NCBI RefSeq assembly: GCF_001194135.2
Contig: NC_068984.1
Span: forward strand, 133,078,771 to 133,142,770
Source: Octopus bimaculoides
Lineage: Eukaryota
Direction: 5' to 3'
Length of the DNA stretch: 64,000 bases
The notes beneath the pieces are model-generated. The model ran no database searches. It was not told where the DNA came from and saw only the letters and a program-made list of their open reading frames with translations. The translations under genes and the position numbers were made by a program. This document shows, piece after piece, positions 51,255 to 64,000 of the stretch; within the stretch, counting starts at the first letter, position 1, and each line of letters opens with the position of its first letter.

Positions 51255-51545
51255 ATGTCTTCCTTTCAGGTGCCAGTGCCACTTGAGAAGCACCTGTGCC
51301 AGTGTTGCATTAATGGATCCATGCCGGTGCTGTATAAACACACCTATGCAGGTGGCACATAAAAAGCACCCAGCACACTCTGTTAAGTGGTTGACGTTAG
51401 GAAGGACATCCAGCCATAGAAACCATGCCACAACAGACAATTGGAGTCTGGACAGCTCCCTGCTAGCCAGCTCTATGTCAGACCGTCCAACCCATGCCAA
51501 CATGGAGAGCGGATGTTTAGCAATAATGACGATGATGACGGAATT
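51255..51545 (+). mobile_element. RTE-LINE 3' tail
   Basis: Sub-repeats, GGTGGCACATAAAAAGCACC, AACCCATGCCAACATGG, (GAT/GAC)n. Confidence 0.85.
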
Positions 51546-51959
51546 CACCATCAAGAAGATGGCTAGTACTGTTCTAAATTCACTCGGGGAGGGACTTCAA
51601 ATGGAAGAAATTAACATACAATGGAATAGTAGGGGGCAGACTGGAGATAAAATGTTGCCAGAATGGCTGTTAATATGTATATATCAGACCATTTTCTGAT
51701 TAATACTTTTATTGGGTTTTCCTATCAGTTGTTTTTCTTTGATTTTACTTAAATTTAGACAGCCATAAAACTTAGCAATGGGTAAATGGGTATATATTAT
51801 CTTTCAGCTATATATTGTACATTTATCTCTCTGTACACTCATTACTTATATATATATACGTTGATGATAATGATGATATATACATAAATCTATTTATGTT
51901 CACATATACACATTTTCATGTGCATATACATACATAAACACTGATACACATACCTATAT

Positions 51960-52039
<80 letters not shown>

Positions 52040-52149
52040 GGGCAATTATGCAGATGAATGAATTAAATATAACATTAGAGTCTAAGTTTGAATCATTTGA
52101 GTGCTACAAAGTGTTTTCTATACCAAGAATCTCTGGATCACCTTTGTTT

Positions 52150-52236
52150 AATATATGTATGTATATATATATATGTATGTATATATATATATGTATGTAT
52201 ATATATATATGTATGTATATATATATATGTATGTAT

Positions 52237-52277
<41 letters not shown>

Positions 52278-52514
52278 NNNNNNNNNNNNNNNNNNNNNNN
52301 NNNNNNNNNNNNNNNNNNNNNNNNNNNNNNNNNNNNNNNNNNNNNNNNNNNNNNNNNNNNNNNNNNNNNNNNNNNNNNNNNNNNNNNNNNNNNNNNNNNN
52401 NNNNNNNNNNNNNNNNNNNNNNNNNNNNNNNNNNNNNNNNNNNNNNNNNNNNNNNNNNNNNNNNNNNNNNNNNNNNNNNNNNNNNNNNNNNNNNNNNNNN
52501 NNNNNNNNNNNNNN

Positions 52515-52555
<41 letters not shown>
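52150..52555. repeat. Compound (TATG/TA)n microsatellite with assembly gap
   Basis: Repeating ATGTATGTATATATATAT units either side of N run 52278-52514. Confidence 0.95.
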
Positions 52556-52557
<2 letters not shown>

Positions 52558-52895
52558 CATTCCTGTATTAAGACTACCTCTGGTTAATTGGAGTTCACAC
52601 TTATGGAAATTCTAAAGTATGACCACCAATTTTGGGATATGACCTGTAATTTTGCCCTTGCAGAAATCTGGATGAATTTTAACAATTTAAAGACTGCACT
52701 TCCATTTTAGTCAAAAGGCTGCTTCTCTGCCTTTTAAGATCAAAGCATAGTTAACAATTTGAAAACCTCTAATCAACTGTGTGCATTGGAGTGTGAAGTG
52801 GGACTTATCACTATGAAATTTATGTGTGTGTGTTTGTGTGTGTTTTTTCTTTGGTCATAATAGGTATCTATTTATTCTCTCTCTTTCTCTGTATG

Positions 52896-52936
<41 letters not shown>

Positions 52937-55900
52937 TCATCATCATCATCATCATATATAGTATATATATTGTATGTGTATACATCATCATTATAAACCC
53001 ACTTACCAGCTCTTTAAAGATAATTGCATGAGATAATGCTGTACCATACTGTGTTTTAAAAGTTGAATGCAATTTCTTTGATCTTAGGTCAATGAAGATT
53101 GACTCGATACTAAACAATATTATTAAAGAACAATATAATCACTGCCAACACCAGCAATACCCCCTCCCCTGTGCTATCATCATCACCAGCACCAAAAGCA
53201 ATACAGTGAACACCACCATCAGTATCAATCCACCAGCTTTTGAGTAACCAACTGGTAGCAATAGTATCAGCATGACAGTGATATCTGTAGCTACATATGT
53301 TATATGTCAACACAGTGAATGGGATGAGTAGGGTGTGAAGTTTTTATGTCTTATGTCAGGGGTGCAAGGAGCTAAGTGCCCATGAACCTGGTAACCCTTC
53401 AACTAAATATAAACACAGCATTTCCTTCCACCTCACTCTTCCATTCTTTCATCTTCCTATTCTTAGATCATAGGAATAGCACAACACATTTTGTTCTCAC
53501 AAAATAAAACTTTTTTCCTTGTGCAATTCTTTTTATTGCATATTTGTTGAGGAACATTGAAAGACAAATCTAAAGATGTTGAAAATAAAATTTTGAAATG
53601 AGTTCCCTCCTTCCATCAATCCTAAGAATGGTAATGTCATGTATGACAAACATTAATACTGGAAAATGCCCTGAAAGGTGTAATGAAACAGTGAGGAGGC
53701 AGGCTTAAGAGATTTGATAAACATGAATTTTTAAAAAACAAATTGTTTTCAAAAATATGATTTGAATCTGCAATATTATAAAATGATAAAAAAAAATTCA
53801 GAAAAGAGGAAAAAATATTCTTTTTAATCATGACAGCTATTCTGAAGGCATGGTGCATGGGTGCGATAAGAAGTTTGAAAAACATGGATTTTTGAAAAAT
53901 TTGTTTTCTTAAAATGTTTTAGAATTTTGGATTTTAGAAAATGACAATAATACTTCCCAAAGAACCCATAAGCATTTCATTTTAACTGTGATTGCTATAC
54001 TACAAATCTATTATTCTTTCAATTGTGGGGCTCTTTGGGCTTGCAAGTTGCAAAGCCACCTCACTAGTGCTGGTGCCAAGTGTACCCAGTACACTCTGAA
54101 AAGTATTTGTTCTTTGAGAGACATTGGGGCATGACATGTTTTTTTGATCCATCAAAACATTGTTAAACCATCCAACTTATGCCATCATCAGAAGCAGATG
54201 TAAAGTTATGATGACAGTTCATTCATTCATTCACTATTCACTCATTCATTCACTATTCACTCATTCATTAGGAGTTGTTCAATTGCCATTTAGTAAAAGC
54301 TGACTGACAACAGAATGGCAATGATAGAGTTTGAAATTTTACCAATATTCTATGACCTTGTTTACTTAGCAATTTTTGTTTTTTTGTTGTTTTTTTTTCA
54401 TATCTTTAAACTATTTTGTTAATCCTCACAATACTATAATTATTTCAATGATAATATACTCTTCTGGGGAAATTTGAAACTATTATCATGTAGTGCCAAA
54501 TCATTTTTCCTGCTGATGATCTCTGCTATTGATTCTGAAGTTACGTGAGCTTATGTAAATGTAGACAGTACCTGTGCTCAGGATTGCAAATAGCTACCCT
54601 AGCACCACGTCATTGTGCTTTTGAATCTAATACATTAAGTTTAGTTAGCTATTTCTTCTGTAGCTATTTTATTTATGTTGGTTCTGTTAGTCAGAGGTTT
54701 TAGCACTTAAAATTTTAGGGATTTGTGTTGTTTCTGTATTAAAATATTAAGTGACTAATGTAGAAAGGCTTTTCTTTAATTCATGTTGTTTGGAGATTAT
54801 AACTAGAGGATTTAGAGCTGCGATTGATGATGGCTGTGATTTGTTTGGAAAAAGATTTAGCTGGCACGTGCTGTATTTAGATAGTTCCTTACTGCTTCTT
54901 TAGTTTTTTTTGGGGGGGAGGGGGTGAAATAATATCAGTTGAATTCAGTTGTGACCATCTTTTCCTTTTATTATGGATTCTCTGGTGATTGTACATCCCA
55001 ATTCTTCAGATGCAGCTTTGGTTGGAAACAGAATATATGAATGTTTGGTTGGAGAGGCTAGACATTAATCTACAAGTGTATGCCACTTTTCGCCTTTCTC
55101 CTGTTAGTACTGAGTGCATTTCTCTTCGACTTCATTAATTTAACCTCTGGTGTAAGAACATCAAAATAAGTAGTTAGTAACAATGCCTTCCACTTTAGAA
55201 GGGTTAATGTTATTCCTTTTAAGTGATCTTCAGTTAAAATAATGTTATAAACAAAATCTATATTATGGCAATCCTTTATTTTCCTTATACACATGATTGA
55301 TTTTTTTTGTTTTTGTTTTTGTTCTCTTACAGACAAGTCTCTGCTTTATTTTATTACCAAACACTGGTGATTCTTTGTAAAGAAATTATTGATTAAGAAA
55401 ACAAGAGTGTCTTGTAGCAGAAAAGTCTTAAAGAAAACTGTGTTTTTCACTTAAATATTATTCAGACTGTCATCCAGACTTCACTGCAACATGCTCTCAG
55501 ACTCAAAACTTATTGAACTTCACTGAAGTTTTTAGGTTTCAGTGAAGATCACTAAGTTTTGATTGAAATAACTAATGTTCCATCAAATAAGTCTTCTCTT
55601 GTTTTTTTTTTTGTTTTTTTTTTGTTTTGTTCATAGCTTGTTCAACCACAGTTAGATAAATAAATGATAAAGATAATTGTTAATTTTGTACAATATTAAC
55701 AAAATTACATTCACATGGTAAAACTGAATAGATACACATCCCAGGTTAAAAGCAGAAGAGATGAAAGTAAAAAAAGAATTGTTACTTCTTTCATGAGATT
55801 ATTTGCCTTGGGTTTATGTCATGCTGATGTTTTCTAAATAAATTGAAATAGTGCTATATATGATTACCTATGACTAGAAATTTTAAGATCTTTAGTATGA

Positions 55901-56374
55901 GTAAGCAACAAAAATGTATATTCTGTGTGCATCATCAATTTGAAAGCAAATATTAAAATCTTTTTGCTAACAGGTTATTATTTTTGTTAGTTCATCTGTG
56001 ATTAGCTTCAATACATTTTAACCTTGCAATATATTATGTAATGATCCCTTAAAACTTAATCCTCACTTCAGTAATTGTAACATGGTTCAGAGCAAGAGAG
56101 AGGAGTTAGGCTGAAAGCCTGGGGGAGATGAGGAGCAGTGATCTGGCTGCCTCCCTCTGCTGACCCACCAATGGAAGGGTGTTACATTTCAGGGCCAAAG
56201 CACTCGATGACCATTGGATACCAATGATCATAAGGGCTGGTTTCCCACTTTTCTATGGTGTATAAATCCCCCACCTGGACAGGATGCCGGTACATCAGAA
56301 GTTTACTCATTTTTGTCAGCTGAGTAGACTGGAGCAATGTGAAATGAAGTGTTTTGTGGCGGTGGTGAGACAGA

Positions 56375-56381
56375 CACAAAT

Positions 56382-56419
<38 letters not shown>

Positions 56420-57335
56420 ACATCATGTAAATAATCTGTATATGTACAACAGGCTTCTACATAGTTTCTTTCTACCAAATTCACTCACAAGGTATTTGTT
56501 GGCCTTGAGCTCTCATAGAAGATGCTTGCCCAAGGTGCTGTGCTGTGGGACTGAACTGAAAGCCATATTGTTGCAAAACCAAAGCAAGCTTCTTAACCAC
56601 ATAGCCATGCTTGCGTGTGAATCTCATTACAACTTATCTACAAACACACTGTCTCAGCAATTTAGTTAATTAATATAATTGTATTTATTTCATTTGGTTC
56701 TGCTAGAAGTTGGTACTAAAACATATGTTGAAGTCTACAACTGTTAGGTAATGATAACTAAAAGAGAATAAAGACAGTTTCATGAAAGCAGAGAATTTTC
56801 GCAGAGAAAATCAAAGCATTTAATGTCTGACAGACGAAAAGATAATGTTCTTAACTTAAGCTCTTTTCCTGTCTAAAGAAAATAAGAAATAACAGAATAT
56901 AGTAAAAAATAACTTCAAATAGTATAAAATGTACAATAAATTACTGTTATTGTTTGGCTATATTTAAAGAGGATTTTAAAATTATTAAAAAAAAAAAAAG
57001 TAAATATGGTTGTGGGGTAAGGAAGCTCATTTTGCAACCATGTGGTTACAGGTTCAGTCTCACTGCATGACACTCTGGGCAAGTATCTTCTACTACAGCC
57101 CCAGCTCAACCAATGTTTTATGAATGAATTTGGCGTAGGGAAACTATGTGGAAGCCTGTCATGTGCGTGTGTGTGTGTCTTTGTGTTTGTTTCTGTTCCC
57201 ATAACTTAGCAAAAGGAGACTGATAGAATAAGTACCAAATTTTTTTTTAAATAAGTGTTGGGGTTAGTTTGTTTAATTAGACCTTTCAAAGTGGTGCCCC
57301 AGTGTGGCCACAGCTCAGTGTTTTGAATAAGTAAA
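56375..57335. mobile_element. Divergently oriented pair of family A SINEs (56375-56610 minus; 57005-57335 plus)
   Basis: Heads and CORE segments on opposite strands. Confidence 0.8.
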
Positions 57336-57905
57336 AGGTAAATAATTTTAAAGAAAAGAATTTTTTTTTTTTTTTAAATCTAACATTGTTTTATTGATAG
57401 AATGACTGATCATGGTTTGAACTCTTTCAATCCTAGGTCAACTGGCTCAGTGCAGGACTAGGGCTAAACAATGACATTTTTAGTAAACCTCTATCCATGT
57501 AAAGAGCTGCCTTGTGGACAGTGTGTCCTTTAGTAATAGCACTGGGCTTTAATGGTTCATTTCTATTGCTGCAATGAAAGAGACAGAAACAATTAAGAGA
57601 TTGTTGTGGCTGTAATACTATTTTCTGTTGTTAAATGAAAGACTACATTGTAATATTACCAATCAAACATAGTACCATTTATAGTCTCCTCTCCAAACAA
57701 CACACCCTCTTTCATTATTACATTATTTCTTTGGTTTCTTGTTATCCAAAGGACAACTTTTGTCTGTGCTAAGACTGTTTGCATATTCAGTTTTTGTTTT
57801 GTTTTCTTTTCATGTATTCATTTTGTTTGAATGCTGTTGAAATGTTATTCAGCAAACAAAATATCTAGTTCAACTTATATAATGACAGGCTCATTGGATC
57901 TTTTC

Positions 57906-57906
57906 T

Positions 57907-57988
<82 letters not shown>

Positions 57989-58018
57989 GATGATGATGAT
58001 GATGATGATAATGATGAT
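57906..58018. repeat. (CTA)n followed by (GAT)n microsatellite
   Basis: Direct reading. Confidence 0.98.
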
Positions 58019-58390
58019 TTGTAATGCAAATACAATACCCTTAACATTTGGAAATGAATGGAAGGTGCAGTCAATTAAATGACCCCCAGTTTTTGACTAA
58101 TTATTTATGATAATTTATGTTAGATATTACTTCCTTTTACAGTGTGAGGTTATCTTTGCTAACCCCAGAATGCAAAGGGCTGCAATTCAATACTGCAATT
58201 TTCTTTCAGTTTAGCCAAAATGATAACAGCATGGAGGCACATAGCTTAGTAGTTAGGGTGTTGCACTCCTGATCATAAGACGGCATCCCATCCAGCAGGG
58301 AATATATATGCCACAAAAACCTGCCTTATGAGTTTTTATGACTCAGGAAGGAGCTAAATAGTAGCAACAACAACAACAACAACAACAATA

Positions 58391-58419
<29 letters not shown>

Positions 58420-58421
<2 letters not shown>

Positions 58422-58575
58422 TGATAATCACAAGGCCTGGAATTTTGGTGAGAGGGACTAGTCAATTACATTGAGCCCAGTGCTCAATTGGTACTCATTG
58501 TATTGACCCCAAAAGGATGAAGGGCAAAGTTAACCTCAGCAGCATTTGAACTCAGAATATAAAGCCAGAACAATG
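58420..58575 (-). mobile_element. Family B SINE fragment with (AAC/AAT)n flank
   Basis: CAATTACATTGAGCCCAGTG...GGATGAAGGGCAAAGTTAACCTC...TTTGAACTCAGAA. Confidence 0.8.
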
Positions 58576-59479
58576 CACCCAAAATCTCATTATTCAATGT
58601 ATCTTTATTCTCTAAGATGATAGCTGCAATTAGAGTCTTGTGAAGTAAAAACAGAGTTCTATGTGTGTGAGTGCATGTGTTAAAATATGAAGAAGATATT
58701 GTATATGGAATGTGTTAACACTCTCAATTACCTGTGTAGAGTGTGTCTTTGTGTTTGTTGTTTGTGTAACACTCCTTTTCTAATTGCAATTAAAAAGAAT
58801 ATTCATCTATAAAATTCAAAACGAAAGAAGTAATTTGTTTGTTTCTTCAGTTTCACATATTCTGATGCACATGTTAATATGTTGCAATTCAGTAGTGATA
58901 AATTCATCAATGCACATCGAGTTATCTTATGAAGGATTAAGGAAAGATAAAGTTGACTTCAAATAAAGTGGTGGCTGTAAGAGTTTTTAAAAATTTTTAT
59001 GGTTGTTGGTATTTATGATTGTTGTGATGACAATGTTAGAATTGTTAATGGGTTGCATTGTTTGCCATTGTGATGATGACGTAGTGGAAGTGGAGGAATC
59101 TAGTTAGTTATAGCGGTAGAAGTAAGAGTTGATGCAGTGAAGCAGACTGTCTTTATTTAAGTTCTTTGACTGTCAAAATTCAGTTTTATTTCAAACGCAG
59201 TTTCCTACCAGTCACTATGTAAGTAAGGCTGCTACCTATCTTTTAGATCTGCTGCGTATCACATGTTGCTATAGATACTGTAACTAACACGATAATATAT
59301 CTATGGGTGAAAAAAGGAAAAGGGTCACTCTTACAGCAAATGAAACTTATGCATTTTTATCATCATCATCATCATCATCAATATAACTAGTGACCATGAT
59401 TTTATACTCAATTTTCTATGCTGACAAAAATGGATTGTTTTGCTCAGCTGAATACTTTATCTTCATCACCATCGTTTTC

Positions 59480-59528
<49 letters not shown>

Positions 59529-60000
59529 ACAACAGCAACAACAGCCTATGTCCACTTTCCCATACTAGATTGAGTTAGATAAATATGTTCCAACAGAGCA
59601 TCTCATCACATGTAGTCCTTAGATAACTGTTTAATAAAATCCAGTATCCTGAGATCAGACCTCACCAATCCCTCTTGTGTCTTTTGCAGTCTTTCACTTC
59701 AACAGGCTCCTATCCCTTGCATTGTTCAACACATATTTAACTTGGCTGTTACTCTTCATATACATTATGTACTTACATCAGCACAGTCTTCTGTACATCA
59801 CAACTTCATACCAGCAAACTGTGACTGATTCTTCTATTGCTCAGTGTTTCTCTCATCATATCTATGCTTCATTGTTCATGTTTATTGTTATTACACATTG
59901 AGTAGAACATGCTCACCTTCTTCCTTTCCATCCCTTAAACACCCTTCATATTCAAAGCTTATGTCTCATGACTATGCAACCTAACACTTTACACATAAGC
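59480..60000 (-). mobile_element. Decayed RTE LINE 3' end with (CAT)n tail
   Basis: (CAT)n and TCCACTTTCCCAT tail followed by degraded RTE C-terminal coding sequence on the minus strand. Confidence 0.6.
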
Positions 60001-60259
60001 ATTATGTATTTTGCCCTTCACTCACACTTTCCTATAGACTTCCTATCGAATATTATATCCAGTATATTTAGCTGGGGACATTTTTACTTGAAGTTAATTC
60101 TTCAGTCTTCTATTTATTTTTCTTTTTTGTTCTTTTTTGCCACTTCTATTATTGCTGCTTTCAGAAGACGTTGATGCATTGAGTTTTTAATAAATCTCTT
60201 ATAAAAGCTTCCTCAATTGATGAGATCATTGATAGACATCTCTGTATATGGTTTTAAAC

Positions 60260-60505
60260 CAATGGTTCTCAACCAGGATCCACATAACCCTTGGGACTCC
60301 ATAAAAGATTTTGTTGCTAAAGTTTATGTGCAATAAATCGGTTATTTTTATACAATACACAAAATAATTTAACAATTTTTTTTATACAATTCTTAATAAT
60401 ATTTAATCATAAAAATACAACAGGATCTTTTTTAACATGAGGGTCCAGTTGAATAAAATAGGAATCAAAGGGGCCCATTGGCAAAAAAATGGTTGAGAGC
60501 CACTG
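60260..60505. mobile_element. hAT-type MITE, older
   Basis: TIR CAATGGTTCTCAACC / GGTTGAGAGCCACTG; degenerate 8-bp TSD TTTTAAAC / CTTTGAAC; truncated relative at about 63071-63130. Confidence 0.8.
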
Positions 60506-60727
60506 CTTTGAACTCACAACTGTATTTACCTGTTACAGAATGTCCAAAGGAAATAATATTTCTGTTTGGTCACTGAACCTAATTATAATAGCAACTAAAT
60601 ATCCCTTGGGTCACTTCCTGTCACCTTAAAAAAGAGAAGGCTTCATTGGCAAATATGCTGAACTCAATGTTTAGAAAAAAGACAGGATGATCATAATTAG
60701 AATACCTTTCTTTGATTTTAGCTCTAC

Positions 60728-61331
60728 TTAACTCTTCTGTGTGGAGGCGCAATGGCCCAGTGGTTAGGGCAGCGGACTCGATCACGGTTTCAATTCCCAG
60801 ACCGGGCGTTGTGAGTGTTTATTGAACGAAAACACCTAAAGCTCCACGAGGCTCTGGCAGGGGATGGTGGCGAACCCTGCTGTACTCTTCCACCACAACT
60901 TTCTCTCACTCTTACTTCCTGTTTCTGTTGTGCCTGTAATTCAAAGGGTCAGCCTTGTCACACTGTGTCACGCTGAATATCCCCGAGAACTACGTTAAGG
61001 GTACACATGTCTGTGGAGTGCTCAGCCACTTGCACGTTAATTTCATGAGCAGGCTGTTCCGTTGATCAGATCAACTGGAACCCTCGACGTTGTAAGCGAC
61101 GGAGTGCCAACAACTCTTTTGTTACCAAATTTCTCTCAAAATACACTGCTTTTGTTTCTACTGATTGCAAAAATAATGAAGAATTTAGCAAAATAACTTT
61201 GTCATTGTTATGCTGATGCTTGAAACATAAATGAACACGAAATTTTGATAGAAGTGTTTTACTTTAGAACAGGAAATTTGTGTCAAAGAACTAGGGGGAG
61301 ACTTTGGCAGGTTGGTATTAAATGAGTTTAA
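60728..61331. mobile_element. piggyBac-type MITE (TTAA-flanked) carrying a nested SINE
   Basis: TTAA at 60728 and 61328; the MITE body resumes TTTGTTACCAAATTTC after the SINE. Confidence 0.65.
60737..61111 (+). mobile_element. tRNA-derived SINE family C
   Basis: GGAGGCGCAATGGCCCAGTGGTTAGGGCAGC head; tail GACGGAGTGCCAAC; 7-bp TSD AACTCTT. Confidence 0.95.
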
Positions 61332-62780
61332 TCAGGACTAAAACATAACATACATCTCAGCATAAACCTACAGACTTTACACTGACACAATAATAAAACC
61401 GTCATCATATGTTTTTTTTTTCTTTTAATTAATACTTCTTGTGACCCAGTATGTTTAGCAAAGTTGAAGATTATATGCCATGACATATCCTAATACAATA
61501 ATGCTGTGTGTTTCTTTAGTAATTTATTCAACAATTATCTTAATTAATCACCAGACTTTGCTTTTAATTGTCTCATGTTCACCTACAGAGCATTAATTAA
61601 TTCTTCCATTCTCTGAAGATATAACAATTTAAGTGCAATCCGGTATTTTAATAATTTCCAACTGCTTCATATAAAGATGCATTGAAATATTTTATAGAAT
61701 TTTGGCAAGTTATAATAATTTCAGAAAGTGATAAATGCTTGTGTAAGCCTATCAGTGCATTGAAGTGTTACCACACACACACAAGTGGTGAGTGTTCATG
61801 TGCTGTTTAGATTAGTTATTTAGTTATAGCCTTTTGTCAAAGAAGAAATAAGAGAAATAAACTTCCACATTTTGTTACTCACTTTCCCGTCTACAACAAC
61901 TATTACCCTTTCGTCTCTATTTCAACGTACATCATTCAGTTTATACTCAATCTGATTCATTCTGATACTGACAATCACAAACTTACCAGTTCCACACCAA
62001 CTATTCTTACATTATATTCATGTGCACACACACACACACACACACACACACAATTTTAACATGGTTTTGTGTAAGTTATACCTAAATCAGAGGTCAATGA
62101 ACTGGGGTAAATTACCCCAAGTGGAGTAAAAATGAAATTCTTGAGGGTAATGAGGAGGACTCATTAGACACAAGTATAATTATATAAAAAAGCATGTGCC
62201 TTGTTATGACAGAAATTTTCCTTCTGGCNNNNNNNNNNNNNNNNNNNNNNNNNNNNNNNNNNNNNNNNNNNNNNNNNNNNNNNNNNNNNNNNNNNNNNNN
62301 NNNNNNNNNNNNNNNNNNNNNNNNNNNNNNNNNNNNNNNNNNNNNNNNNNNNNNNNNNNNNNNNNNNNNNNNNNNNNNNNNNNNNNNNNNNNNNNNNNNN
62401 NNNNNNNNNNNNNNNNNNNNNNNNNNNNNNNNNNNNNNNNNNNNNNNNNNNNNNNNNNNNNNNNNNNNNNNNNNNNNNNNNNNNNNNNNNNNNNNNNNNN
62501 NNNNNNNNNNNNNNNNNNNNNNNNNNNNNNNNNNNNNNNNNNNNNNNNNNNNNNNNNNNNNNNNNNNNNNNNNNNNNNNNNNNNNNNNNNNNNNNNNNNN
62601 NNNNNNNNNNNNNNNNNNNNNNNNNNNNNNNNNNNNNNNNNNNNNNNNNNNNNNNNNNNNNNNNNNNNNNNNNNNNNNNNNNNNNNNNNNNNNNNNNNNN
62701 NNNNNNNNNNNNNNNNNNNNNNNNNNNNNNNNNNNNNNNNNNNNNNNNNNNNNNNNNNNNNNNNNNNNNNNNNNNNNNNN

Positions 62781-62975
62781 CATTAGCACACTGGGTGAAC
62801 TGCTTAGCAGTATTTCGTCTGCCGTTACATTCTGGGTTCAAATTCTGCTGAGGTTGACTTCGCCTTTCATTCTTTCGGGGTCAATTAAATAAGTACCAGT
62901 TACGTACTGAGGTTGATGTAATCAACTGACCCCTTCCCCCAAAATTTCAGGCCTTGTGCCTATAGTAGAAAAGAA
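62781..62975 (+). mobile_element. Family B SINE
   Basis: TGCTTAGCAGTATTTCGTCTGCC...CGCCTTTCATTCTTTCGGGGTCAATTAAATAAGTACC. Confidence 0.9.
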
Positions 62976-63621
62976 ATAAATATTGTTTATTACAAAACAG
63001 AGAAAGACTAAGTATTTTTTTTTTTTTTTTTAGATAAGAGAGAAGGTAGTGCCCCCATGACCTTCTATAGTAGTGGTTCTCAGCCAGGGTCCATATGACC
63101 CTTAGGGGTCAGTATAAGACTTTGTTATTGTGAAGTTCATGAACAATAACTTACAGAGCATATATGGAGCAATATTGTTGAATGTATCTTTCTTTATATA
63201 AAGATTTTCCTGCTGTTTCTAACATGCCAAGCTATAGTGTAGAGGTTCTCTTGTTGTTTTGAACTGGCACTTCACCAGTTATAATGATAAAGGTTCCAGT
63301 TTAATCTGATCAACAGAACAGCCTACTCATGAAATTAATGTGCAAGTGGTTGTACAGACACATGTACCCTTAATGTAATTCCCGGAGAAATTCAGTAGGA
63401 CATAGAATACAACAAGGCTGATCCTTTGAAATACAGACACAACTCATTTTTGCCAGCTGAGTGAACTGAAGCAATATGACTTTAAGGATAAGTTTTTCAG
63501 GGATATTACATGGTAACCACTTTAAAATACCCCTTGGCTTCGCACCATACAATGTAAAATTTACTCTAGCCATATGAAACATCTGCTTATATTTCCCCTT
63601 TATATTCTTCAAATTAAATAT

Positions 63622-64000
63622 ATCATAGATAAAGCAATTAAGAGTATGAAGACCGGGAAAGCCCCCGGCCCATCAGGAATCACTGCAGAGATGCTCAAAA
63701 TATCTGGCAGTGTTGGCTATAGCCTAGTCACCCGTATTACGAACCAGGTGATACACGAAGGAGTCATACCCAATGACTGGTGTAGCAGCATCATAGTCAA
63801 CTGCTACAAAGGTAAAGGTGACGCTTTAGATACAAATAATTACAGAGGCATCAAGCTGTTAGATCAGGTTATGAAAGTTACAGAGAGGGTCATAGCCCAA
63901 CTAATTAGGGAGCGAATCAATTTAGATGAGATGCAGTTTGGGTTTGTGCCAGGTAAAAGCACTACTGATGCCTTATTTCTAGTGAGACAGCTGCAGGAGA
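63622..64000 (+). mobile_element. RTE-clade LINE reverse transcriptase, 5'-truncated, runs off window end
   Basis: 126 uninterrupted codons: IIDKAIKSMKTGKAPGPSGITAEMLK...IPNDWCSSIIVNCYKGKGDALDTNNYRGIKLLDQVMKVTERVI...DEMQFGFVPGKSTTDALFLVRQLQE. Confidence 0.97.

Noticed and set aside
54219-54268. 20-bp tandem TTCATTCATTCACTATTCAC
   Set aside because: Ordinary (TTCA)n-derived simple repeat
60740-60810. tRNA-like sequences at SINE heads (also 37640-37712, 5070-5137)
   Set aside because: They continue into SINE bodies with TSDs and have deletions; not tRNA genes
1-64000. CRISPR arrays, rRNA genes, operon-like or viral gene clusters
   Set aside because: No regularly spaced repeat-spacer structure, rRNA-like sequence or dense coding region seen

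Overview
AT-rich, CpG-depleted eukaryotic genomic DNA with five N gaps (13662-13671, 14306-14618, 27353-27385, 52278-52514, 62229-62780). The repeat content matches what I recall of octopod cephalopod (Octopus-like) genomes; this is recognition, not a database result. Most of the window is intronic or intergenic. It contains: dozens of tRNA-derived SINEs of at least three types; RTE-LINE 3' tails; decayed CR1, RTE and Penelope-like (PLE) retroelements; mariner, hAT and piggyBac-type MITEs; and many microsatellites. The only clearly intact reading frame is an RTE reverse-transcriptase fragment running off the right end (63622-64000). Almost all ORFs in the supplied track are spurious products of repeats, microsatellites or N runs. 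No host protein-coding gene could be identified with confidence. Best second-look items: a minimal PLE-type hammerhead ribozyme fold (20777-20812) and a degenerate second one (3180-3206); a CpG-rich candidate bidirectional promoter (about 22400-22960); a 49-aa heptad-repeat micro-ORF (21371-21520, minus); several candidate small exons; a weak Mab-21-like fragment; an inverted SINE cluster that could form dsRNA; and several template-switch and nested-insertion structures. I did not find convincing evidence for a new multi-gene system. Repeat boundaries are read by eye and approximate unless a TSD or TIR is quoted.
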